The notes beneath the pieces were generated by a model, which was not told the origin of the DNA, did not search any database, and saw nothing but the letters and a program-made list of their open reading frames with translations. Position numbers and translations under genes: made by a program. Positions 29,999 to 39,474 of a stretch of DNA of 64,000 nucleotides are shown piece by piece. Each line of letters opens with the position of its first letter. Position 1 is the stretch's first letter. Source of the DNA: Chloroflexia bacterium (lineage in GTDB: Bacteria; Chloroflexota; Chloroflexia; QHBQ01; JAICKM01); the NCBI GenBank assembly GCA_050998805.1, contig JBPCPV010000029.1, positions 15,768-79,767 of the forward strand. Reading direction: 5' to 3'.

Positions 29999-30784
29999 AT
30001 GCTGCGAACCGTAACGGCGACCCGCTATGACACGCCCCTGCGGGAGGGCGGCTCGCTTCCGGCCATCGTCGAAGCCGACGACGACGGGATGTATGTCGTC
30101 AAGTTCCGGGGTGCCGGACAAGGCCCGAAGGCGCTTATCGCGGAATTGGTCGCCGGAGAAATCGGGCGCGCCATCGGCCTGCCCGTGCCTGAGATCGTCT
30201 TTGTGGAGTTGGACCCGGTGCTGGGACGAACCGAGCCTGACCCCGAGATACAGTCGCTTATGGAGGCGAGCGCGGGGCTGAACATCGGCCTCGACTACCT
30301 CCCGGGGTCGCGGATCTTCGACCCGCTGACCGCGCCCCGGCCCGATGCCGCGCTCGCCTCGGCGGTCGTCTGGCTCGACGCCTACGTTACCAACGTGGAC
30401 CGCACCGCCCGGAACACAAACATGCTGCTCTGGCACAACCAGCTCTGGCTGATCGACCACGGTGCCGCTCTCTACTTCCACCACCGGACAGGCTGGTGGA
30501 CGGACTACGCCGAGCGCAGCCGTAGCCGCTTCCCTGCCATCCGCGAGCATGTGCTACTGCCCTTCGCCGATGCGCTCGAGGAGGCCGACCTGGTGCTGCG
30601 TTCGATGCTGACGCTGGATAAGATCGCCGAGATCGTCGCCGACATACCCGGCTCATGGCTCGATCACGACTCGCCGCCCGACCGGAGCGAGCATCGTGCT
30701 GCATATGTCGGCTACCTGACGGATCGGCTAGCCTCGGCCGGCTTCGTGGAGGAGGCTATAGGTGCCCGCGAAAGCATCGTTTAA
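29999..30784 (+). CDS. HipA-like kinase-fold protein (short, C-terminal HipA-type catalytic region)
   Basis: 261 aa; VKFRGAGQGPKAL..., VTNVDRTARNTNMLLW..LWLIDHGAALYF resembles the HipA_C catalytic loop/DxG region. Confidence 0.5.
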   Translation: MLRTVTATRYDTPLREGGSLPAIVEADDDGMYVVKFRGAGQGPKALIAELVAGEIGRAIGLPVPEIVFVELDPVLGRTEPDPEIQSLMEASAGLNIGLDYLPGSRIFDPLTAPRPDAALASAVVWLDAYVTNVDRTARNTNMLLWHNQLWLIDHGAALYFHHRTGWWTDYAERSRSRFPAIREHVLLPFADALEEADLVLRSMLTLDKIAEIVADIPGSWLDHDSPPDRSEHRAAYVGYLTDRLASAGFVEEAIGARESIV

Positions 30785-31166
30785 CTACGCCATAATCCGC
30801 GTAGTGCCGCGTGTAGAACGTGGCGAGTTCGCGAACGTCGGGGCGATCTTGTTCTGCCGGACGCGCCGCTTCCTGGAAGCCCGGATCGATGCGGACCTTC
30901 GGCGGCTGGCCGCGCTCGACCCCGATCTGGACCTCGCTGAAGTCGCCAGGCAGCTGGAGGCGATCCCGCGGGTCTGCGCCGGGGGGGATGCCGCAGGGCC
31001 GATCGGGCGGCTTCCACAGGCCGAACGCTTCGGCTGGCTCACCGCGCCGCGCAGCACAGTGATCCAGACATCGCCGGTCCATTCCGGCATCTGCGATGAC
31101 CCGGCAGCCGCCCTTGAGCGGCTCATAGAGACAATGGTTAAGAGACCAACAGATAAGGAGATATAA
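30762..31166 (+). CDS. DUF3037 domain protein
   Basis: 134 aa; NYAIIRVVPRVERGEFANVGAILFCR matches the DUF3037 N-terminal signature; overlaps the upstream gene by 23 nt. Confidence 0.6.
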   Translation: MPAKASFNYAIIRVVPRVERGEFANVGAILFCRTRRFLEARIDADLRRLAALDPDLDLAEVARQLEAIPRVCAGGDAAGPIGRLPQAERFGWLTAPRSTVIQTSPVHSGICDDPAAALERLIETMVKRPTDKEI

Positions 31167-31170
31167 GATT

Positions 31171-33072
31171 ATGCCACGCATCGAATCGCTGCTCTCGGCC
31201 CGACTGTTCATCAGCCCGCAACTCGTGGGGGATCGGCTCTACTTCGTCAGCAACATGAGCGGACAACTCAGCCTGTATGCTATGGACGCGACCGGCAGCG
31301 TGCCCGAGCCTCTGCTGCCCGCGCAAATAGCCCTCCCCAACCCGCACCTGATCGGCGGCCTCCCCTTCTATGCCTTCCCGAAGCTCGGCAAGATCATGCT
31401 GATGCTCGACGACGACGGCGACGAGAACTACCAGCCGGTGGTGCTCCCCATCGAGGGCGGCGAGCCGGTGCCCGCCTTCGGCGACTTCTTCGCAAACGCC
31501 CGTGTCCACTGCGCTCACTGCGACCCGGAGACGAACACCGTCTACCTCTGGTCGGAATCGCGCAGCGAGCAGCTCGTGACGACCTACAAGGGGCACCTCG
31601 ACACCGGGGCGCTGGAGAAGCTGGGAGAGAGCGCCTGGGGCAGCTACCCCGACGGGGTGAACGCCGCCCAGAGCCGGGGTATCCTGACGGACGGCTACAC
31701 CGTCGGCGACCAGGTGCTCTATGAGTGGGTCGAAGGCGGCAACGGCGAGCGCAAGCTGCTCTACGGCGTGCCCCTGGAGGAGCGCGCCGAGGAACAAGAT
31801 GTGCCGCTCAACAGCATCGTCCAGTGCTGGTGGACGCCCGGCGATAAGGGCCTGCTGTTCAGCACGTCGCTCTTCACCGACAGCTACGGACCCGGCTATA
31901 TGCCGCTCGACCCGCCCCGCGAGATCGAGCCGGTCGCTGTCGTCGGCCAGGTACACTCAGGGGCCGGAGAGATGGACAAGCTCGAGCAGCTTGACGACGA
32001 TCGCTACATCGTCGGCTACAACATTGACGGCTGCTCCTGGCTCTACGAGGCCCGCTTCGACGAGGCTGCCCGGACGCTCCATCTGGAGCGGGCGCTGGTC
32101 GGCGAGGGAGAGTTGGCCGGCGGAGAAATGGAGTCGGTCTACTACGACAAACCCGGCGACCGCTTCACGCTGGCCCTGGCTACGGCAACTTCTCCGACGC
32201 AGATCTATGTGATAAACAAAGACCGCAGCTTGCGTGCGCTCACGCGGGAGAAGATCCTCGGCGTGCCCGCAGAGCATCTCTCGCCCGGCGAGGATGCTTC
32301 GTTCACCTCATTCGACGGGCTGCGGATTTCTGCGCGGCTCTATATGCCCTCACCCGCGCTTGGCTTCGAGGGGCCGCGCCCCCTGGTCTACTACATCCAC
32401 GGCGGGCCGCAGGGCCAGGAGCGCCCGAACTACGCCTGGTTTTCGATGCCCCTGATCCAGTTCCTCGCTCTCAACGGCTTCGCGGTCTTCGTGCCGAACG
32501 TGCGCGGCAGCACCGGCTACGGCCTCAGCTACACGAAGCACATTGACCGCGACTGGGGCGGCCAGGACCGGCTCGACCATGTGGAAGCGATGCGCCGGCT
32601 CGCCGAAGACCCACGGCTCGACACCAAGCGTGCGGGCGTGATGGGCCGCTCCTACGGCGGCTACATGACGCTCACCCAGGCCACGCGCCACCCCGAGCTC
32701 TGGGCGGCTGCCGTCGAGATGTTCGGGCCATACGACCTGACTACCTTCGTGGCCCGTGTGCCCGAGACCTGGAAGCCGTACTTCGATCTTGCCGTCGGCC
32801 ACCACGAGCGGGATCGCGACCTCCTCCTCGAACGCTCGCCGCGCACCTACATCAACGACCTCCGCTGCCCAATGCTGGTGATCCAGGGGCAGAACGACCC
32901 CCGCGTCATTGAGCGCGAGTCCCGCGACGTGGTGGAGCAGCTACGGGCGGCGGGCAAGCAGGTTGAATACCTTGTCTTCGCGGATGAGGGCCACGACGTG
33001 CTGAAGTTCCCGAACCGCGTGGTCTGCTACAACGCGATCACCGACTTCTTCAAGCAACATCTGTGCCCGTGA
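31171..33072 (+). CDS. S9-family (prolyl oligopeptidase) serine peptidase with N-terminal beta-propeller
   Basis: GRSYGGYM nucleophile elbow, YIHGGPQG, C-terminal DEGH; starts 4 nt after the DUF3037 stop. Confidence 0.8.
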   Translation: MPRIESLLSARLFISPQLVGDRLYFVSNMSGQLSLYAMDATGSVPEPLLPAQIALPNPHLIGGLPFYAFPKLGKIMLMLDDDGDENYQPVVLPIEGGEPVPAFGDFFANARVHCAHCDPETNTVYLWSESRSEQLVTTYKGHLDTGALEKLGESAWGSYPDGVNAAQSRGILTDGYTVGDQVLYEWVEGGNGERKLLYGVPLEERAEEQDVPLNSIVQCWWTPGDKGLLFSTSLFTDSYGPGYMPLDPPREIEPVAVVGQVHSGAGEMDKLEQLDDDRYIVGYNIDGCSWLYEARFDEAARTLHLERALVGEGELAGGEMESVYYDKPGDRFTLALATATSPTQIYVINKDRSLRALTREKILGVPAEHLSPGEDASFTSFDGLRISARLYMPSPALGFEGPRPLVYYIHGGPQGQERPNYAWFSMPLIQFLALNGFAVFVPNVRGSTGYGLSYTKHIDRDWGGQDRLDHVEAMRRLAEDPRLDTKRAGVMGRSYGGYMTLTQATRHPELWAAAVEMFGPYDLTTFVARVPETWKPYFDLAVGHHERDRDLLLERSPRTYINDLRCPMLVIQGQNDPRVIERESRDVVEQLRAAGKQVEYLVFADEGHDVLKFPNRVVCYNAITDFFKQHLCP

Positions 33073-33077
33073 AGCGA

Positions 33078-33887
33078 TCAGTGCGCCGCAACCGGGTACT
33101 CATTGTAGCCCTCGGCGATGGTTAGGATCTTAGCGAACTGGCTGCGTGTTACCGGATTGTCGCCCCGGAAATAGAGCCTGCGGCGATCATCGCAGGGTTC
33201 CTCCGGCCCACCGCAGCCATAGCCGCTGATCAATATATGGGCTACTGCCTGCTCGACGGGACGGTAGTAGGAAGAGGCCGGGGGTATATCGGTGAAGGTC
33301 TGGACCGTCGGATCTTCATCGTAGCCCTTCGCCGCGACCATAATTTGAATCGCGTGGAGGCGGCTCACGCTACGCTCCGGATGTATGTAGGGTCGGTGGG
33401 CGGAGTCGCACGGCTCCTGGGGACCGCCGCACGGAGTGCCGATGAGAACGCCTCGGTGCGCGAGCGTGATTTGCGCTACGCTGCGATAGAGAGGTGAGGA
33501 CGGCGGCACGTCGCTGAAGGTCTGAGATGCAGGTGGGTCACCATAGCCGCCGGCAGCGGCAAGAGCTTGTACAACATCTCCCAAGGACATGTTCTGCGCC
33601 CAGCGAAAGTATGGTCGGCGCTGAGTATCGCACGGTTCACCGGCAGTCCCGCATGGATAACCCCCCATCACTGCGTGCTCGGAGGCACGCTCAACCGGCA
33701 GCCAAAACGTATGGGTCGGCGGCACATCGGCAAAGGTCTGCCTCGGCATAACAATCGGCCCGGCTTTGTATGCCACGCCTGGAAAGAGTGCCGAACTATT
33801 TGCCCAGAGGACCGTCAGCACAATCCCGGCGACGCACAAGAGTGCAACATTGTCGGCCTTTCGCATATCGGGCCTACTCGTACGCAT
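33078..33887 (-). CDS. cell-surface protein with three SLH-like repeats, each containing a CxxxxxxC pair
   Basis: three ~65-aa repeats F(T/S)D(V/I)PP...Y(Y)R.V.......GY.CGGP.EPCD...R.Y.....TR.Q.AKIL; start uncertain (33887 or 33914). Confidence 0.5.
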   Translation of the reverse strand: MRTSRPDMRKADNVALLCVAGIVLTVLWANSSALFPGVAYKAGPIVMPRQTFADVPPTHTFWLPVERASEHAVMGGYPCGTAGEPCDTQRRPYFRWAQNMSLGDVVQALAAAGGYGDPPASQTFSDVPPSSPLYRSVAQITLAHRGVLIGTPCGGPQEPCDSAHRPYIHPERSVSRLHAIQIMVAAKGYDEDPTVQTFTDIPPASSYYRPVEQAVAHILISGYGCGGPEEPCDDRRRLYFRGDNPVTRSQFAKILTIAEGYNEYPVAAH

Positions 33888-33888
33888 C

Positions 33889-35208
33889 TTAAAACACCCA
33901 GTACCAGTTGGCAAAGAGAGCCGTGTAGACGCCCAGCAGCAGGAGGCTGGTCATCAAAATGAGCTGATGCCAATATCGATTTGCTCCGAGTTTCGCCAGC
34001 AGAAAGAACAATGGGAAGACCGCCAGTGAGTATCGCTGCATTGATTGCAGAGGCCACTCTGGGATAGTCAGCAACAGCAGCAAGATAAGTGATCCGCTGC
34101 AATAAATCGCATAGATCCGGGGTAGCGCCCACCAAGCAACGATACAGGCTTCGAGCAAGAGCAGCGTGGCGATCAGATCGGCGGTGTTGACCGTGCGGGC
34201 GAAAGGCGAGAGAGTTGGGTCGCCAAGCCGGCGGATCGCAGAGATCAGGGTGTCCCAGGGCATAGACACCTCACGCCAGAACGGAGGCAGCGTTCGGCTG
34301 TGAAGGATAGCAAGCATGTCGCCGGTGAGCCAGGCTAAATAGCCGGCAAACAGCAGCCAACCGAGTGGGGCAGCGCCAATCCCGAGTAGATAGCGCAGGC
34401 TAACGAGCCGTTTCAGGGTCGGCAGGCGAAGGGTATGCCCCGCCTGGCACCATGCCTCGTAGACAAGCGGCAAAACCAGCACGATGGCTGTGGGCCGGGC
34501 AAGCCCTGCCAGCAGAGCTGCAGACCCGGCGAAAGCCCAGCGCCTCCGCCTTGCATAATAAAAAGCCGCGAGTGTGACCGCCAGAAAGACCGATTCGGTA
34601 TAGACCGCGAACAGGAATAGGGCCATAGGGTAGGCGGCCATATAGAGGATAGACCGCCCGGCGACCTCCTCGCCGAACTCCCATGCTGCCAGCTTGAACA
34701 TATAGAACAGGGCGATGAAGCAAGCAACACTTGACACGAGTATCCCGGCCAGTACATAATCCCCGCCCGTAAGCGGTGCCGCCCCTGCCAGCAGCATCGG
34801 GTATAACGGGAAGAAGACTGCGAGTTGGGGCCGCGTCGAGTAACCTTGCTCTGCAATATCGAGGTAGTACTCCGAGTCCCAACGGGACCACGCATCGAGT
34901 TGGGGATTTGTGCTGCGTTGGTAAGTCGAGTGCTGCCCGGTTTGCATTGGCAACATACCGATACTTAGGCCGGCTACTACACTGAGAAGCAACCGCAGGC
35001 TAAGAAAGACGAAGAAAGCCTGCGTGACGGCGACTCGGTTAAGCGTCCACCAGCGAGCTATATATGGCATGATCTTGGCACCGGCTGCCATTCCTGGGGC
35101 GGCTATCTCCTCAGCCGGGTGTGCGATGGTCTGGGTATCGAGGGCTACGCCCTCCGGGTGCCCATCGGACCAGGGATCTTCAGGATGTGATCGAGCCAGC
35201 TTCACCAT
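33889..35208 (-). CDS. GT-C fold integral membrane glycosyltransferase (PIG-V / mannosyltransferase-like)
   Basis: multi-TM protein with W..D..YYLDIAEQGY...FFPLYP motif typical of GPI-mannosyltransferase-2-like bacterial GT-C enzymes. Confidence 0.5.
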   Translation of the reverse strand: MVKLARSHPEDPWSDGHPEGVALDTQTIAHPAEEIAAPGMAAGAKIMPYIARWWTLNRVAVTQAFFVFLSLRLLLSVVAGLSIGMLPMQTGQHSTYQRSTNPQLDAWSRWDSEYYLDIAEQGYSTRPQLAVFFPLYPMLLAGAAPLTGGDYVLAGILVSSVACFIALFYMFKLAAWEFGEEVAGRSILYMAAYPMALFLFAVYTESVFLAVTLAAFYYARRRRWAFAGSAALLAGLARPTAIVLVLPLVYEAWCQAGHTLRLPTLKRLVSLRYLLGIGAAPLGWLLFAGYLAWLTGDMLAILHSRTLPPFWREVSMPWDTLISAIRRLGDPTLSPFARTVNTADLIATLLLLEACIVAWWALPRIYAIYCSGSLILLLLLTIPEWPLQSMQRYSLAVFPLFFLLAKLGANRYWHQLILMTSLLLLGVYTALFANWYWVF

Positions 35209-35397
35209 GTGCTCCTATCGAATCGAACTCTACTATTCCCGCATAAAGCACAGGAACTACCAAGCATAACATAAACCGAGATCTTCGTCTAGCGAGCGCG
35301 GCTGTGGGCAAGCTGTCTGTCAACAGACCACGCCTGCGCCATACTGCGGAATACTACCGCCGTTATCCTTGCCGAGACGAGTGCTTTCGGGCCGGCG

Positions 35398-38349
35398 TCA
35401 GGGGCCGCACTCCTGCTCTGATAAGCCAGCGGCCTGGTCGAGCGTCGGCCTCCAGGTCGTTTCCGGCAGGAGGTTAGCGAACGGCCATAGGAAGGCCGAG
35501 GGGATAATCGAGCGGGTATAGCCTGGAGGAGTCCAGTAGAGGTGCATATAGGAAGCGGCGGGCTTGTCGCTGTCCTGCATGAGCAGGCGGATCTGGTGCC
35601 AACCGGCAGCTAGGCGAAGCTGGGCCTCACCGAGCCTGCCCGACACCACGTTGCGTATGACTAGTTCCCCATCCAGATAGAGGCGGAATTTGCCCGTCTG
35701 TTTGCCGGCGAAACCGTAGGTGCCGGTCATCGGTATGTAGAGTTGTCCGATCCACTCGGCGGTATAGGGCAGGGGCAATGGCGGTGCGTCCGCCGTGAAA
35801 CAGTCGTCTACCTGTGTATCGATCCGCTGGGCCGCGACCGGCACACCGAAACTGATGCCGTTGCGGAACAGGACGGTCAGTCCACTCGGCTCGACCCTGC
35901 GTGGGTCGAAGAGGTTTGCTGTCGGTATCGCTTCGGATCGGCCCCCGTGTGAAGTATCGGCTGGTGTCCTGACCAACTGAGAGATGCCGATCGCCGTCTT
36001 CACAGTGTCGGTGACGATGATGCTGTGCAGGCCGGTTGCCAGCCAGATAGGGATGCCTGGGGGTCGGCTATAGCCGTCGAGCAGGAAGCCGGAGGAGTCG
36101 GCTGTCCCGCCGGCCGGCTGCCACTCATAAGTGTAACCGGCCCACTCGTCCACCCGTAGTGTCGCAGTGAGATAGACTGTGCCTGGACCGGCGATTTCCC
36201 GGCTCCAATCGAACTCGAGGCCGGGTATCTTCAACTCCTCGCGGGGTTGAGCGGCCCCCGGAGCGTAGACGGCCGCATGGACGCCTTGCGCGGCTTCGAT
36301 GTCGGCTGCCGGTATAGAGACGGTGTAGAGCATAGGTCGCGGATCATGTGGCACCAACAGGAGATCCACCGTCGCGTGCGGATAGAGTCGTGTAAGGGTG
36401 GGCACCTCGCGCTCAGAGACAGGGTGGAGCAGGACTGTGGCATCGCGATTCCCGTTTAGCGGGATTGTGTGTTTCCACTCGACGACCTGGGCACCGGGTG
36501 CCAAGTAGGCGACGGCAGCCGGATAGCGTCCGACTTCCTTGTAGTAGTAAGGCAAATCAACGTAAATATCGCGGGTCGCGGAGTAATGCGCTAGATAGTG
36601 TCCTATTTCGGCTAATGGGCTGTTCATTTCCCAGGCGACCGTGCGGTCATTGACCTGTAGCACGAAGTATCGGTAGAGCGTCATGCTGCCTGCCCCGGCC
36701 ACCACCACGAATATGCCGATCGCGCTCACCAGTCCGGCGAACTGTGCCGACCGGCGCGGGTCCGCCATGCTCCTTGCCCGTATACGCAGCCGAGCGAGCG
36801 CGCTGCTTACTATCTTTAAGACATCGCCGAGGAAGATGCCGGCGACCAGAACAGTGACCACACTGTTTTCTATAGTGCGTTGTGAATGGGGAGCATCCTT
36901 CGAGAATACCCCCCCGACCATAGAGAAAAGCAGCCAGATCACCGGGAAGAAATACTGCTTCTGCCTGGCCCGCAACAAACAACTGCCGATGCCGGCGAGG
37001 AAGAGCGCCGCCGTCACCCAATCGAGCATCGGTGCCAAAGGCAGGTTCTGCTTGGGGTTGTCGTCGCCGACCCAGTTGAACATCAGTAGGTGCTTGGCGA
37101 TGTTTGTCTGTAGGATGTCGGGCTGTGCTGCCTGAATATCGGGGCGGAAGATCGAAACCGTGCCAATGCGGGTGTTGAATATGTCAGGCTTCTCGCCGGC
37201 AAAGAGCGCGACCGGCAAAAAGCTGAGCAGCGCCCCCAGGAGAAAGAACCCGGCACCTGCGCGCAGCGCCGGAAGCAGGTGTCTTCGCTCGGTAATGAAC
37301 ATATGCACTAACATGACCAGCAACACCATCGGCACCAACATGCCGATATAGTACATTTGCAAGACCAGGCCGAGGAGGACTCCCGCGCCCGCGAAATATC
37401 CGAGCCGCCCGGTACGCAGAGCTTGGAACACGCAGAGATAGATAGCCACATCAAGTGCAACAGTCGGCACGGTGTCTACACCGTAGCGGCTGAAGGTGAT
37501 GTTCCAGGCAGACACAGAGAGCAGGCCGGCGGCGGCCAGCCCGGTTCGCTGGCCGTAGAGCCTCGCGCCGATTAAGTAGATCAGAGGGGCGAGTGCCGCG
37601 CCGGCCAGGGCGGGCAGCAGGCGCACCGGCCAGGCCAGGTTCCCGAAGAGCCTCACTGCGAGGCCGACGAAGTAGAAGAAGAGTGCGCCCATCTGGGTGT
37701 AACCGCTGATGAAGGTGAGATGCGCGCCGCCGGGCGCGACCAGTTGCCGGGCCACGATGCCGTTCTGCGCTTCATCGAACCAAAGCCCCGGGGGTGCCTG
37801 CTCCAGGTTGACTACGCGCAGCAACAATGCAAAGACGAATAACCCCGCGATCAGCGCCCATTCGCGGCGGCGCGGCAGGCGGTCTGCCGGCGGGTCAGCC
37901 TCGTTACCCTCAACCGGAGCCGGGGTGTTGCGCTCCCAGACGACGAAGGCAAGTGCAAAGAGCAGCAACGACACCAAATAGAGGAGCCAGGAGCCATCGT
38001 TCACCGCCCAGCTTGCTGCGACGGTCTGCGGGTCAGCCGCGTTCAGCATCCAAAATAGCGGTGCTGAGGCTGCGGCGCAAACGCAGGCACTCGTCAGGCA
38101 GCCAACGAAGAGCGTACGGTGCCGCATCTCCCGGACGCGGGATAGCAAGGGGGCCACGCCGGCCGGCACGAGACGCGGAGTCGGCCCCGCAGCGATTACC
38201 AACAGGATCGCCGCCAGGCCGAAGAGCAGCCAACTGGCGACAGGAGGGACAGAAAGCCCCTGGATGCGTGCGGCCTCAACGATGCCTTGCGCCAGGAAGG
38301 CCAACCCCAACGCGGATACCGCAAGTAGCCAGTTAGACGATTTCCACAC
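35398..38349 (-). CDS. GT-C family glycosyltransferase (PMT/ArnT-like, GT39/GT83) fused to a C-terminal PA14 domain
   Basis: many TM helices, first-loop WFDEAQN (DE motif); C-terminal ...YTAEWIGQLYIPMTGTYGF...FRLYLDGELV...WHQIRLLM...LYW PA14-like. Confidence 0.7.
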   Translation of the reverse strand: MWKSSNWLLAVSALGLAFLAQGIVEAARIQGLSVPPVASWLLFGLAAILLVIAAGPTPRLVPAGVAPLLSRVREMRHRTLFVGCLTSACVCAAASAPLFWMLNAADPQTVAASWAVNDGSWLLYLVSLLLFALAFVVWERNTPAPVEGNEADPPADRLPRRREWALIAGLFVFALLLRVVNLEQAPPGLWFDEAQNGIVARQLVAPGGAHLTFISGYTQMGALFFYFVGLAVRLFGNLAWPVRLLPALAGAALAPLIYLIGARLYGQRTGLAAAGLLSVSAWNITFSRYGVDTVPTVALDVAIYLCVFQALRTGRLGYFAGAGVLLGLVLQMYYIGMLVPMVLLVMLVHMFITERRHLLPALRAGAGFFLLGALLSFLPVALFAGEKPDIFNTRIGTVSIFRPDIQAAQPDILQTNIAKHLLMFNWVGDDNPKQNLPLAPMLDWVTAALFLAGIGSCLLRARQKQYFFPVIWLLFSMVGGVFSKDAPHSQRTIENSVVTVLVAGIFLGDVLKIVSSALARLRIRARSMADPRRSAQFAGLVSAIGIFVVVAGAGSMTLYRYFVLQVNDRTVAWEMNSPLAEIGHYLAHYSATRDIYVDLPYYYKEVGRYPAAVAYLAPGAQVVEWKHTIPLNGNRDATVLLHPVSEREVPTLTRLYPHATVDLLLVPHDPRPMLYTVSIPAADIEAAQGVHAAVYAPGAAQPREELKIPGLEFDWSREIAGPGTVYLTATLRVDEWAGYTYEWQPAGGTADSSGFLLDGYSRPPGIPIWLATGLHSIIVTDTVKTAIGISQLVRTPADTSHGGRSEAIPTANLFDPRRVEPSGLTVLFRNGISFGVPVAAQRIDTQVDDCFTADAPPLPLPYTAEWIGQLYIPMTGTYGFAGKQTGKFRLYLDGELVIRNVVSGRLGEAQLRLAAGWHQIRLLMQDSDKPAASYMHLYWTPPGYTRSIIPSAFLWPFANLLPETTWRPTLDQAAGLSEQECGP

Positions 38350-38419
38350 GTGCTATTTATATCGCAGGTCGGCTTGTATTGTCAACGGCAGGCCGCGAGC
38401 GGGAAGGGGCAGCCCTTGT

Positions 38420-38449
38420 TTGACAGACGCCTACACCCAGCGCTATACT
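38420..38449 (+). promoter_or_regulatory. putative promoter TTGACA-N18-TATACT for the CvpA/CAP gene
   Basis: -35 38420-38425, -10 38444-38449; implies the real CDS starts downstream of the track ORF start. Confidence 0.45.
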
Positions 38450-38511
38450 GGCCCAACGAACGCGGAGTAGCTGATTGGCGTTGGGGTTGTTTGGGGGCTT
38501 TCTTGGCTGGA

Positions 38512-39474
38512 TTGAACTGGGTAGATTGGGCGCTGCTCGTGATGGTCGGCCTGACGGCAGCGGCAGCCACCGGCCGGGGCTTTTTGCAGGTCTCCGCGGG
38601 GTTGTTCGGCTTCTTGTTGAGCCTGGGCACCGCCCTCCTCTTCACCACGCCTGTCGCCGCATGGCTCGCCGGACACACAGGCTTGCCCGAACCCTGGACC
38701 CCGCCTGTCGCCTTCTTCGCCAGCTGGCTCGGCACCCAGATAGTCTACACCGCCGTCTCGCGGATACTGCTCGGGCGCAGCCTCTACAGGGCCGCCCGTT
38801 CGCCGCTGAACAGGTGGCTCGCGCTGTTGCCCGGCGCGCTCCAGGGTCTGCTCGTCGGCGGGCTGCTGCTGACGCTGCTCGCGCTCGCGCCGATCCCCGG
38901 CCTGCCCCACCAGGCGATCCTCGACTCGGAGATCGGGGGGCGGCTGGTGAGCGCGGCAGTGGACCTGGAGCGCCCGCTCGAAACCATCTTCGGCCCTGCC
39001 CTCCAGCAGACGCTCGGCTTCCTCACCGTCAAGCCCGAGATCGGGCCGGGGGAGACGGTTGCTCTCAAGTTCGAGGTGAGCGCGCCGACGACCGACGCGG
39101 ACGCCGAAGAGCAGATGTTGAGCATGGTCAACGCGGAGCGCAGCAAGGCCGGTCTCCCGCCGTTGGCGATGGACCCACCGCTGCGCGACTTGGCGCGGGC
39201 GCACGGAGCCGACATGTTCCGGCAGGGCTACTTTTCGCACACTGGGCGCGATGGCCGCTCTCCGTTCGACCGTATGCGCGACGCAAACATCACCTACACC
39301 GCCGCAGGTGAGAACCTCGCGCTCGCGATCAGCACGGCGCGCGCCCACCAGGGGCTTATGAACAGCCCCGGCCACCGCGCGAACATCCTCAACCCCGCCT
39401 TCCGCCGAGTCGGCATCGGCGTGATGGACGGCGGCATCTACGGCAAGATGTTCGTCCAGGAGTTCACCGATTAG
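38512..39474 (+). CDS. CvpA-family membrane protein fused to a C-terminal CAP (SCP/PR1-like) domain
   Basis: N-term LNWVDWALLVMVGL (CvpA-like start, TTG), C-term YFSHT...NSPGHRANIL...FRRVGIG CAP motifs; the 38350 track start is probably an over-extension. Confidence 0.55.
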   Translation: MNWVDWALLVMVGLTAAAATGRGFLQVSAGLFGFLLSLGTALLFTTPVAAWLAGHTGLPEPWTPPVAFFASWLGTQIVYTAVSRILLGRSLYRAARSPLNRWLALLPGALQGLLVGGLLLTLLALAPIPGLPHQAILDSEIGGRLVSAAVDLERPLETIFGPALQQTLGFLTVKPEIGPGETVALKFEVSAPTTDADAEEQMLSMVNAERSKAGLPPLAMDPPLRDLARAHGADMFRQGYFSHTGRDGRSPFDRMRDANITYTAAGENLALAISTARAHQGLMNSPGHRANILNPAFRRVGIGVMDGGIYGKMFVQEFTD

